From positions 4,898,001 through 4,962,000 of the forward strand of contig OZ059896.1 of the NCBI GenBank assembly GCA_964057225.1: a DNA stretch of 64,000 nucleotides. The letters are read 5' to 3'. This DNA is from Auanema rhodensis. Lineage: Eukaryota > Animalia > Nematoda. Shown here in pieces: positions 42,950 to 56,900 of this stretch (positions are counted from its first letter, which is position 1; every line of letters starts with the position of its first letter). The notes beneath the pieces were generated by a model. It was not told where the DNA came from and made no database searches. It worked only from the letters and a program-made list of their open reading frames with translations. Position numbers and translations under genes: made by a program.

Positions 42950-45900
42950 CGTGATGTGCACTTGGTATGTATTTCGCTTCACGTGAAAGATAAAGAGATG
43001 CGGTTTTCAAAATTAGATTCCCCATGTCCATATTAGTCTAAAAACAAATTTTTATTGATATTGGTTCATGGTAACCATGACTTTGAAATTTACGTGAACT
43101 TTAATTTATGCTAATTAAATGTACACGTGATGTGCACTTGGTATGTAACTCGCCTCACGTGAAAGATAAAGAGATGCGGTTTGCAAAATTAGATTCCCCA
43201 TGTCCATATTAGTCTAAAAACAAATTTTTATTGATATTGGTTCATGGTAACCATGACTTTGAAATTTACGTGAACTTTAATTTATGCTAAATAAATGTAC
43301 ACGTGATGTGCACCTGGAATGTAACTCGCTTCACATGAAAGATAAAGAGATGCGGTTTTCAAAATTAGATTCCCCATGTCCATATTAGTCTAAAAACAAA
43401 TTTTTATTGATATTGGTGTATGGTAATCATGACTTTGAAATTTACGTGAACTTTAATTTATGCTAATTGAATGTACACGTGATGTGCACTTGGTATGTAA
43501 CTCGCTTCACGTGAAAGATAAAGAGATGCGGTTTTCGAAATTAGATTCCCCATGTCCATATTAGTCGAAAAACGAATTTTTATTGATATTGGTGCATGGT
43601 AACCATGACTTTGAAATTTACGTGAACTTTAATTTATGCTAATTAAATGTACACGTGATGTGCACTTGGTATGTAACTCGCTTCACGTGAAAGATAAAGA
43701 GATGCGGTTTTCAAAATTAGATTCCCCATGTCCATATTAGTCTAAAAACAAATTTTTATTGATATTGGTTCATGGTAACCATGACTTTGAAATTTACGTG
43801 AACTTTAATTTATGCTAATTAAATGTACACGTGATGTGCACTTGGTATGTAACTCGCTTCACGTGAAAGATAAAGAGATGACGTTTTCAAAATTAGATTC
43901 CCCATGTCCATATTAGTCTAAAAACAAATTTTTATTGATATTGGTGCATGGTAACCATGACTTTGAAATTTACGTGAACTTTAATTTATGCTAATTAAAT
44001 GTACACGTGATGTGCACTTGGTATGTAACTCGCTTCACGTGAAAGATAAAGAGATGCGGTTTTCAAAATTAGATTCCCCATGTCCATATTAGTCTAAAAA
44101 CAAATTTTTATTGATATTGGTTCATGGTAACCATGACTTTGAAATTTACGTGAACTTTAATTTATGCTAATTAAATGTACACGTGATGTGCACTTGGTAT
44201 GTAACTCGCTTCACGTGAAAGATAAAGAGATGACGTTTTCAAAATTAGATTCCCCATGTCCATATTAGTCTAAAAACAAATTTTTATTGATATTGGTTCA
44301 TGCTAACCATGACTTTGAAATTTACGTGAACTTTAATTTATGCTAATTAAATGTACACGTGATGTGCACTTGGTATGTAACTCGCTTCACGTGAAAGATA
44401 AAGAGATGCGGTTTTCAAAATTAGATTCCCCATGTCCATATTAGTCTAAAAACAAAATTTTATTGATATTGATGCATGGTAACCATGACTTTGAAATTTA
44501 AGTGAACTTTAATTTATGCTAATTAAATGTACACGTGATGTGCACTTGGTATGTAACTCGCTTCACGTGAAAGATAAAGAGATGCGGTATTCAAAATTAG
44601 ATTCCCCATGTCCATATTAGTCTAAAAACAAATTTTTATTGATATTGGTGCATGGTAACCATGACTTTGAAAATTACGTGAACTTTAATTTATGCTAATT
44701 GAATGTACACGTGATGTGCACTTGGTATGTAACTCGCTTCACGTGAAAGATAAAGAGATGCGGTTTTCGAAATTAGATTCCCCATGTCCATATTAGTCTA
44801 AAAACAAATTTTTATTGATATTGGTTCATGGTAACCATGATTTTGAAATTTACGTGAACTTTACTTTATGCTAATTAAATGTACACGTGATGTGCACTTG
44901 GTATGTAACTCGCTTCGCGTGAAAGATAAATAGATGCGGTTTTCAAAATTAGATTCCCCATGTCCATATTAGTCTAAAAACAAATTTTTATTGATATTGG
45001 TTCATGGTAACCATGACTTTGAAAATTACGTGAACTTTAATTTATGCTAATTAAATGTACACGTGATGTGCACTTGGTATGTAACTCGCTTCACGTGGAA
45101 GATAAAGAGATGCGGTTTTCAAAATTAGATTCCCCATGTTCATATTAGTCTAAAAACAAATTTTTATTGATATTGGTGCATGGTAACCATGACTTTGAAA
45201 TTTACGTGAACTTTAATTTATGCTAATTGAATGTACACGTGATGTGCACTTGGTATGTGACTCGCTTCACGTGAAAGATAAAGAGATGCGGTTTGCAAAA
45301 TTAGATTCCCCATGTCCATATTAGTCTAAAAACAAATTTTTATTGATATTGGTTCATGGTAACCATGACTTTGAAATTTACGTGAACTTTAATTTATGCT
45401 AAATAAATGTACACGTGATGTGCACCTGGAATGTAACTCGCTTCACGTGAAAGATAAAGAGATGCGGTTTTCAAAATTAGATTCCCCATGTCCATATTAG
45501 TCTAAAAACAAATTTTTATTGATATTGGTTCATGCTAACCATGACTTTGAAATTTACGTGAACTATAATTTATGCTAATTGAATGTACACGTGATGTGCA
45601 CTTGGTATGTAACTCGCTTCACGTGAAAGATAAAGAGATGCGGTTTTCGAAATTAGATTCCCCATGTCCATATTAGTCTAAAAACAAATTTTTATTGATA
45701 TTGGTGCATGGTAACCATGACTTTGAAATTTACGTGAACTTTAATTTATGCTAATTAAATGTACACGTGATGTGCACTTGGTATGTATTTCGCTTCACGT
45801 GAAAGATAAAGAGATGCGGTTTTCAAAATTAGATTCCCCATGTCCATATTAGTCTAAAAACAAATTTTTATTGATATTGGTTCATGGTAACCATGACTTT

Positions 45901-48580
45901 GAAATTTACGTGAACTTTAATTTATGCTAATTAAATGTACACGTGATGTGCACTTGGTATGTAACTCGCCTCACGTGAAAGATAAAGAGATGCGGTTTGC
46001 AAAATTAGATTCCCCATGTCCATATTAGTCTAAAAACAAATTTTTATTGATATTGGTTCATGGTAACCATGACTTTGAAATTTACGTGAACTTTAATTTA
46101 TGCTAAATAAATGTACACGTGATGTGCACCTGGAATGTAACTCGCTTCACATGAAAGATAAAGAGATGCGGTTTTCAAAATTAGATTCCCCATGTCCATA
46201 TTAGTCTAAAAACAAATTTTTATTGATATTGGTGTATGGTAATCATGACTTTGAAATTTACGTGAACTTTAATTTATGCTAATTGAATGTACACGTGATG
46301 TGCACTTGGTATGTAACTCGCTTCACGTGAAAGATAAAGAGATGCGGTTTTCGAAATTAGATTCCCCATGTCCATATTAGTCGAAAAACGAATTTTTATT
46401 GATATTGGTGCATGGTAACCATGACTTTGAAATTTACGTGAACTTTAATTTATGCTAATTAAATGTACACGTGATGTGCACTTGGTATGTAACTCGCTTC
46501 TCGTGAAAGATAAAGAGATGCGGTTTTCAAAATTAGATTCCCCATGTCCATATTAGTCTAAAAACAAATTTTTATTGATATTGGTTCATGGTAACCATGA
46601 CTTTGAAATTTACGTGAACTTTAATTTATGCTAATTAAATGTACACGTGATGTGCACTTGGTATGTAACTCGCTTCACGTGAAAGATAAAGAGATGACGT
46701 TTTCAAAATTAGATTCCCCATGTCCATATTAGTCTAAAAACAAATTTTTATTGATATTGGTGCATGGTAACCATGACTTTGAAATTTACGTGAACTTTAA
46801 TTTATGCTAATTAAATGTACACGTGATGTGCACTTGGTATGTAACTCGCTTCACGTGAAAGATAAAGAGATGCGGTTTTCAAAATTAGATTCCCCATGTC
46901 CATATTAGTCTAAAAACAAATTTTTATTGATATTGGTTCATGGTAACCATGACTTTGAAATTTACGTGAACTTTAATTTATGCTAATTAAATGTACACGT
47001 GATGTGCACTTGGTATGTAACTCGCTTCACGTGAAAGATAAAGAGATGACGTTTTCAAAATTAGATTCCCCATGTCCATATTAGTCTAAAAACAAATTTT
47101 TATTGATATTGGTTCATGCTAACCATGACTTTGAAATTTACGTGAACTTTAATTTATGCTAATTAAATGTACACGTGATGTGCACTTGGTATGTAACTCG
47201 CTTCACGTGAAAGATAAAGAGATGCGGTTTTCAAAATTAGATTCCCCATGTCCATATTAGTCTAAAAACAAAATTTTATTGATATTGATGCATGGTAACC
47301 ATGACTTTGAAATTTAAGTGAACTTTAATTTATGCTAATTAAATGTACACGTGATGTGCACTTGGTATGTAACTCGCTTCACGTGAAAGATAAAGAGATG
47401 CGGTATTCAAAATTAGATTCCCCATGTCCATATTAGTCTAAAAACAAATTTTTATTGATATTGGTGCATGGTAACCATGACTTTGAAAATTACGTGAACT
47501 TTAATTTATGCTAATTGAATGTACACGTGATGTGCACTTGGTATGTAACTCGCTTCACGTGAAAGATAAAGAGATGCGGTTTTCGAAATTAGATTCCCCA
47601 TGTCCATATTAGTCTAAAAACAAATTTTTATTGATATTGGTTCATGGTAACCATGATTTTGAAATTTACGTGAACTTTACTTTATGCTAATTAAATGTAC
47701 ACGTGATGTGCACTTGGTATGTAACTCGCTTCGCGTGAAAGATAAATAGATGCGGTTTTCAAAATTAGATTCCCCATGTCCATATTAGTCTAAAAACAAA
47801 TTTTTATTGATATTGGTTCATGGTAACCATGACTTTGAAAATTACGTGAACTTTAATTTATGCTAATTAAATGTACACGTGATGTGCACTTGGTATGTAA
47901 CTCGCTTCACGTGGAAGATAAAGAGATGCGGTTTTCAAAATTAGATTCCCCATGTTCATATTAGTCTAAAAACAAATTTTTATTGATATTGGTGCATGGT
48001 AACCATGACTTTGAAATTTACGTGAACTTTAATTTATGCTAATTGAATGTACACGTGATGTGCACTTGGTATGTGACTCGCTTCACGTGAAAGATAAAGA
48101 GATGCGGTTTGCAAAATTAGATTCCCCATGTCCATATTAGTCTAAAAACAAATTTTTATTGATATTGGTTCATGGTAACCATGACTTTGAAATTTACGTG
48201 AACTTTAATTTATGCTAAATAAATGTACACGTGATGTGCACCTGGAATGTAACTCGCTTCACGTGAAAGATAAAGAGATGCGGTTTTCAAAATTAGATTC
48301 CCCATGTCCATATTAGTCTAAAAACAAATTTTTATTGATATTGGTTCATGCTAACCATGACTTTGAAATTTACGTGAACTATAATTTATGCTAATTGAAT
48401 GTACACGTGATGTGCACTTGGTATGTAACTCGCTTCACGTGAAAGATAAAGAGATGCGGTTTTCGAAATTAGATTCCCCATGTCCATATTAGTCTAAAAA
48501 CAAATTTTTATTGATATTGGTGCATGGTAACCATGACTTTGAAATTTACGTGAACTTTAATTTATGCTAATTAAATGTAC
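42950..48580 (-). repeat. 16-monomer higher-order repeat (2816 bp), 2 tandem copies; partly mirrored at ~60465-64000
   Basis: Variants are spaced 2816 = 16x176: TATTTCGC ~42972/45788, TCACATG 43335/46151, GGTATTC 44589/47405, ACTATAAT 45565/48381. Confidence 0.9.
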
Positions 48581-51500
48581 ACGTGATGTGCACTTGGTAT
48601 GTAACTCGCTTCACGTGAAAGATGAAGAGATGCGGTTTTCAAAATTAGATTCCTCATGTCCATATTAGTCAAAAAACAAATTTTTATTGATATTGGTTCA
48701 TGGTAACCATGACTTTGAAATTTACGTGAACTTTAATTTATGCTAATTAAATGTACACGTGATGTGCACTTGGTATGTAACTCGCTTCACGTGAAAGATA
48801 AAGAGATGTGGTTTTCAAAATTAGATTCCCCATGTCCATATTAGGCTAAAAACAAATTTTTATTGATATTGGTGCATGGTAACCATGACTTTGAAATTTA
48901 CGTGAACTTTAATTTATGCTAATTAAATGTACACGTGATGTGCACTTGGTATGTAACTCGCTTCACGTGAAAGATAAAGAGATGCGGTTTTCAAAATTAG
49001 ATTCCCCATGTCCATATTAGTCTAAAAACAAATTTTTATTGATATTGGTTCATGGTAATCATGACTTTGAAATTTACGTGAACTTTAATTTATTCTAATT
49101 AAATGTACACGTGATGTGCACTTGGTATGTAACTCGCTTCACGTGAAAGATAAAGAGATGCGGTTTTCAAAATTAGATTCACCATGTCCATATTAGTCTA
49201 AAAACAAATTTTTATTGATATTGGTGCATGGTAACCATGACTTTGAAATTTACGTTAACTTTAATTTATGCTAATTAAATGTACACGTGATGTGCACTTG
49301 GTATGTAACTCGCTTCACGTGAAATATAAAAAGATGCGGTTTTCAAAATTAGATTCCCCATGTCCATATTAGTCTAAAAACAAATTTTTATTGATATTGG
49401 TTCATGGTAACCATGACTTTGAAATTTACGTGAACTTTAATTTATGCTAATTAAATGTACACGTGATGTGCACTTGGTATGTAACTTGCTTCACGTGAAA
49501 GATAAAGAGATGCGGTTTTCAAAATTAGATTCCCCATGTCCATATTAGTCTAAAAACAAATTTTTATTGATATTGGTTCATGGTAACCATGACTTTGAAA
49601 TTTACGTGAACTTTAATTTATGCTAATTAAATGTACACGTGATGTGCACTTGGTATGTAACTCGCCTCACGTGAAAGATAAAGAGATGCGGTTTGCAAAA
49701 TTAGATTCCCCATGTCCATATTAGTCTAAAAACAAATTTTTATTGATATTGGTTCATGGTAACCATGACTTTGAAATTTACGTGAACTTTAATTTATGCT
49801 AAATAAATGTACACGTGATGTGCACCTGGAATGTAACTCGCTTCACGTGAAAGATAAAGAGATGCGGTTTTCAAAATTAGATTCCCCATGTCCATATTAG
49901 TCTAAAAACAAATTTTTATTGATATTGGTTCATGGTAACCATGACTTTGAAATTTACGTGAACTTTAATTTATGCTAATTAAATGTACACGTGATGTGCA
50001 CTTGGTATGTAACTCGCTTCACGTGAAAGATAAAGAGATGACGTTTTCAAAATTAGATTCCCCATGTCCATATTAGTCTAAAAACAAATTTTTATTGATA
50101 TTGGTGCATGGTAACCATGACTTTGAAATTTACGTTAACTTTAATTTATGCTAATTAAATGTACACGTGATGTGCACTTGGTATGTAACTCGCTTCACGT
50201 GAAAGATAAAGAGATGCGGTTTTCAAAATTAGATTCCCCATGTCCATATTAGTCTAAAAACAAATTTTTATTGATATTGGTTCATGGTAACCATGACTTT
50301 GAAATTTACGTGAACTTTAATTTATGCTAATTAAATGTACACGTGATGTGCACTTCTTATGTAACTCGCTTCACGTGAAAGAAAAAGAGATGACGTTTTC
50401 AAAATTAGATTCCCCATGTCCATATTAGTCTAAAAACAAATTTTTATTGATATTGGTGCATGGTAACCATGACTTTGAAATTTACGTGAACTTTAATTTA
50501 TGCTAATTAAATGTACACGTGATGTGCACTTGGTATGTAACTCGCTTCACGTGAAAGATAAAGAGATGCGGTTTTCAAAATTAGATTCCCCATGTCCATA
50601 TTAGTCTAAAAACAAATTTTTATTGATATTGGTTCATGGTAACCATGACTTTGAAATTTACGTGAACTTTAATTTATGCTAATTAAATGTACACGTGATG
50701 TGCACTTGGTATGTAACTCGCTTCACGTGAAAGATAAAGAGATGACGTTTTCAAAATTGGATTCCCCATGTCCATATTAGTCTAAAAACAAATTTTTATT
50801 GATATTGGTTCATGCTAACCATGACTTTGAAATTTACGTGAACTTTAATTTATGCTAATTAAATGTACACGTGATGTGCACTTGGTATGTAACTCGCTTC
50901 ACGTGAAAGATAAAGAGATGCGGTTTTCAAAATTAGATTCCCCATGTCCATATTAGTCTAAAAACAAATTTTTATTGATATTGGTGCATGGTAACCATGA
51001 CTTTGAAATTTACGTGAACTTTAACTTATGCTAATTAAATGTACACGTGATGTGCACTTGGTATGTAACTCGCCTCACGTGAAAGATAAAGAGATGCGGT
51101 TTTCAAAATTAGATTCCCCATGTCCATATTAGTCTAAAAACAAATTTTTATTGATATTGGTTCATGGTAACCATGACTTTGAAAATTACGTGAACTTTAA
51201 TTTATGCTAATTAAATGTACACGTGATGTGCACTTGGTATGTAACTCGCTTCACGTGGAAGATAAAGAGATGCGGTTTTCAAAATTAGATTCCCCATGTT
51301 CATAGTAGTCTAAAAACAAATTTTTATTGATATTGGTGCATGGTAACCATGACTTTGAAATTTACGTGAACTTTAATTTATGCTAATTGAATGTACACGT
51401 GATGTGCACTTGGTATGTGACTCGCTTCACGTGAAAGATAAAGAGATGCGGTTTGCAAAATTAGATTCCCCATGTCCATATTAGTCTAAAAACAAATTTT

Positions 51501-53910
51501 TATTGATATTGGTTAATGGTAACCATGACTTTGAAATTTACGTGAACTTTAATTTATGCTAAATAAATGTACACGTGATGTGCACCTGGAATGTAACTCG
51601 CTTCACGTGAAAGATAAAGAGATGCGGTTTTCAAAATTAGATTCCCCATGTCCATATTAGTCTAAAAACAAATTTTTATTGATATTGGTTCATGCTAACC
51701 ATGACTTTGAAATTTACGTGAACTTTAATTTATGCTAATTGAATGTACACGTGATGTGCACTTGGTATGTAACTCGCTTCACGTGAAAGATAAAGAGATG
51801 CGGTTTTCGAAATTAGATTCCCCATGTCCATATTAGTCTAAAAACAAATTTTTATTGATATTGGTGCATGGTAACCATGACTTTGAAATTTACGTGAACT
51901 TTAATTTATGCTAATTAAATGTACACGTGATGTGCACTTGGTATGTAACTCGCTTCACGTGAAAGATAAAGAGATGCGGTTTTCAAAATTAGATTCCCCA
52001 TGTCCATATTAGTCTAAAAACAAATTTTTATTGATATTGGTTCATGGTAACCATGACTTTGAAATTTACGTGAACTTTAATTTATGCTAATTAAATGTAC
52101 ACGTGATGTGCACTTGGTATGTAACTCGCTTCACGTGAAAGATAAAGAGATGCGGTTTTCAAAATTAGATTCCCCATGTCCATATTAGTCTAAAAACAAA
52201 TTGTTATTGATATTGGTGCATGGTAACCATGACTTTGAAATTTACGTGAACTTTAATTTATGCTAATTAAATGTACACGTGATGTGCACTTGGTATGTAA
52301 CTCGCTTCACGTGAAAGATAAAGAGATGCGGTTTTCAAAATTAGATTCCCCATGTCCATATTAGTCTAAAAACAAATTTTTATTGATATTGGTTCATGGT
52401 AATCATGACTTTGAAATTTACTTGAACTTTAATTTATTCTAATTAAATGTACACGTGATGTGCACTTGGTATGTAACTCGCTTCACGTGAAAGATAAAGA
52501 GATGCGGTTTTCAAAATTAGATTCACCATGTCCATATTAGTCTAAAAACAAATTTTTATTGATATTGGTGCATGGTAACCATGACTTTGAAATTTACGTG
52601 AACTTTAATTTATGCTAATTAAATGTACACGTGATGTGCACTTGGTATGTAACTCGCTTCACGTGAAATATAAAGAGATGCGGTTTTCAAAATTAGATTC
52701 CCCATGTCCATATTAGTCTAAAAACAAATTTTTATTGATATTGGTTCATGGTAACCATGACTTTGAAATTTACGTGAACTTTAATTTATGCTAATTAAAT
52801 GTACACGTGATGTGCACTTGGTATGTAACTCGCTTCACGTGAAAGATAAAGAGATGCGGTTTTCAAAATTAGATTCCCCATGTCCATATTAGTCTAAAAA
52901 CAAATTTTTATTGATATTGGTTCATGGTAACCATGACTTTGAAATTTACGTGAACTTTAATTTATGCTAATTAAATGTACACGTGATGTGCACTTGGTAT
53001 GTAACTCGCCTCACGTGAAAGATAAAGAGATGCGGTTTGCAAAATTAGATTCCCCATGTCCATATTAGTCTGAAAACAAATTTTTATTGATATTGGTTCA
53101 TGGTAACCATGACTTTGAAATTTACGTGAACTTTAATTTATGCTAAATAAATGTACACGTGATGTGCACCTGGAATGTAACTCGCTTCACGTGAAAGATA
53201 AAGAGATGCGGTTTTCAAAATTAGATTCCCCATGTCCATATTAGTCTAAAAACAAATTTTTATTGATATTGGTTCATGCTAACCATGACTTTGAAATTTA
53301 CGTGAACTTTACTTTATGCTAATTAAATGTACACGTGATGTGCACTTGGTATGTAACTCGCTTCGCGTGAAAGATAAATAGATGCGGTTTTCAAAATTAG
53401 ATTCCCCATGTCCATATTAGTCTAAAAACAAATTTTTATTGATATTGGTTCATGGTAACCATGACTTTGAAATTTACGTGAACTTTAATTTATGCTAATT
53501 AAATGTACACGTGATGTGCACTTGGTATGTAACTCGCTTCACGTGAAAGATAAAGAGATGCGGTTTTCAAAATTAGATTCCCCATGTCCATATTAGTCTA
53601 AAAACAAATTTTTATTGATATTGGTTCATGGTAACCATGACTTTGAAATTTACGTGAACTTTAATTTATGCTAATTAAATGTACACGTGATGTGCACTTG
53701 GTATGTAACTCGCCTCACGTGAAAGATAAAGAGATGCGGTTTGCAAAATTAGATTCCCCATGTCCATATTAGTCTAAAAACAAATTTTTATTGATATTGG
53801 TTCATGGTAACCATGACTTTGAAATTTACGTGAACTTTAATTTATGCTAAATAAATGTACACGTGATGTGCACTTGGTATGTAACTCGCTTCACGTGAAA
53901 GATAAAGAGA

Positions 53911-53935
53911 TGCGGTTTTTAAAGCGAGTTACATA
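53911..53935. other. Orientation-switch junction J2 (inverted to forward)
   Basis: TGCGGTTTTTA[AA]GCGAGTTACATA: the inverted monomer ends at position 107-109 and the forward monomer resumes at 139-141, with a 2-nt AA overlap (53922-53923). Confidence 0.97.
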
Positions 53936-56900
53936 CCAAGTGCACATCACGTGTACATTTAATTAGCATAAATTAAAGTTCACGTAAATTTCAAAGTCAT
54001 GGTTACCATGCACCAATATCAATAAAAATTTGTTTTTAGACTAATATGGACATGGGGAATCTAATTTTGAAAACGTCATCTCTTTTTCTTTCACGTGAAG
54101 CGAGTTACATAAGAAGTGCACATCACGTGTACATTTAATTAGCATAAATTAAAGTTCACGTAAATTTCAAAGTCATGGTTACCATGAACCAATATCAATA
54201 AAAATTTGTTTTTAGACTAATATGGACATGGGGAATCTAATTTTGAAAACCGCATCTCTTTATCTTTCACGTGAAGCGAGTTACATACCAAGTGCACATC
54301 ACGTGTACATTTAATTAGCATAAATTAAAGTTCACGTAAATTTCAAAGTCATGGTTACCATGCACCAATATCAATAAAAATTTGTTTTTAGACTAATATG
54401 GACATGGGGAATCTAATTTTGAAAACGTCATCTCTTTATCTTCCACGTGAAGCGAGTTACATACCAAGTGCACATCACGTGTACATTTAATTAGCATAAA
54501 TTAAAGTTCACGTAAATTTCAAAGTCATGGTTACCATGAACCAATATCAATAAAAATTTGTTTTTAGACTAATATGGACATGGGGAATCTAATTTTGAAA
54601 ACCGCATCTCTTTATCTTTCACGTGAAGCGAGTTACATACCAAGTGCACATCACGTGTACATTTAATTAGCATAAATTAAAGTTCACGTAAATTTCAAAG
54701 TCATGGTTACCATGCACCAATATCAATAAAAATTCGTTTTTAGACTAATATGGACATGGGGAATCTAATTTCGAAAACCGCATCTCTTTATCTTTCACGT
54801 GAAGCGAGTTACATACCAAGTGCACATCACGTGTACATTCAATTAGCATAAATTAAAGTTCACGTAAATTTCAAAGTCATGATTACCATACACCAATATC
54901 AATAAAAATTTGTTTTTAGACTAATATGGACATGGGGAATCTAATTTTGAAAACCGCATCTCTTTATCTTTCACGTGAAGCGAGTTACATTCCAGGTGCA
55001 CATCACGTGTACATTTATTTAGCATAAATTAAAGTTCACGTAAATTTCAAAGTCATGGTTACCATGAACCAATATCAATAAAAATTTGTTTTTAGACTAA
55101 TATGGACATGGGGAATCTAATTTTGCAAACCGCATCTCTTTATCTTTCACGTGAGGCGAGTTACATACCAAGTGCACATCACGTGTACATTTAATTAGCA
55201 TAAATTAAAGTTCACGTAAATTTCAAAGTCATGGTTACCATGAACCAATATCAATAAAAATTTGTTTTTAGACTAATATGGACATGGGGAATCTAATTTT
55301 GAAAACCGCATCTCTTTATCTTTCACGTGAAGCGAGTTACATACCAAGTGCACATCACGTGTACATTTAATTAGCATAAATTAAAGTTCACGTAAATTTC
55401 AAAGTCATGGTTACCATGAACCAATATCAATAAAAATTTGTTTTTAGACTAATATGGACATGGGGAATCTAATTTTGAAAACCGCATCTATTTATCTTTC
55501 ACGCGAAGCGAGTTACATACCAAGTGCACATCACGTGTACATTTAATTAGCATAAAGTAAAGTTCACGTAAATTTCAAAGTCATGGTTAGCATGAACCAA
55601 TATCAATAAAAATTTGTTTTTAGACTAATATGGACATGGGGAATCTAATTTTGAAAACCGCATCTCTTTATCTTTCACGTGAAGCGAGTTACATTCCAGG
55701 TGCACATCACGTGTACATTTATTTAGCATAAATTAAAGTTCACGTAAATTTCAAAGTCATGGTTACCATGAACCAATATCAATAAAAATTTGTTTTTAGA
55801 CTAATATGGACATGGGGAATCTAATTTTGCAAACCGCATCTCTTTATCTTTCACGTGAGGCGAGTTACATACCAAGTGCACATCACGTGTACATTTAATT
55901 AGCATAAATTAAAGTTCACGTAAATTTCAAAGTCATGGTTACCATGAACCAATATCAATAAAAATTTGTTTTTAGACTAATATGGACATGGGGAATCTAA
56001 TTTTGAAAACCGCATCTCTTTATCTTTCACGTGAAGCGAGTTACATACCAAGTGCACATCACGTGTACATTTAATTAGCATAAATTAAAGTTCACGTAAA
56101 TTTCAAAGTCATGGTTACCATGAACCAATATCAATAAAAATTTGTTTTTAGACTAATATGGACATGGGGAATCTAATTTTGAAAACCGCATCTCTTTATA
56201 TTTCACGTGAAGCGAGTTACATACCAAGTGCACATCACGTGTACATTTAATTAGCATAAATTAAAGTTCACGTAAATTTCAAAGTCATGGTTACCATGCA
56301 CCAATATCAATAAAAATTTGTTTTTAGACTAATATGGACATGGTGAATCTAATTTTGAAAACCGCATCTCTTTATCTTTCACGTGAAGCGAGTTACATAC
56401 CAAGTGCACATCACGTGTACATTTAATTAGAATAAATTAAAGTTCAAGTAAATTTCAAAGTCATGATTACCATGAACCAATATCAATAAAAATTTGTTTT
56501 TAGACTAATATGGACATGGGGAATCTAATTTTGAAAACCGCATCTCTTTATCTTTCACGTGAAGCGAGTTACATACCAAGTGCACATCACGTGTACATTT
56601 AATTAGCATAAATTAAAGTTCACGTAAATTTCAAAGTCATGGTTACCATGCACCAATATCAATAACAATTTGTTTTTAGACTAATATGGACATGGGGAAT
56701 CTAATTTTGAAAACCGCATCTCTTTATCTTTCACGTGAAGCGAGTTACATACCAAGTGCACATCACGTGTACATTTAATTAGCATAAATTAAAGTTCACG
56801 TAAATTTCAAAGTCATGGTTACCATGAACCAATATCAATAAAAATTTGTTTTTAGACTAATATGGACATGGGGAATCTAATTTTGAAAACCGCATCTCTT

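Larger units (their letters stand above)
9900..53923 (-). repeat. Satellite block 2, inverted orientation (~44 kb, ~250 monomers)
   Basis: From 9900 the + strand reads TCGCTTCACGTGAAAGATAAAGAGATGCGG..., the reverse complement of the monomer, continuously to ...GCGGTTTTTAAA at 53923. The ORF track flips strand accordingly. Confidence 0.98.

Noticed and set aside
9900-53923. Transposon or site-specific invertible element with terminal inverted repeats
   Set aside because: The junctions contain only satellite sequence, with no transposase, recombinase or foreign DNA.
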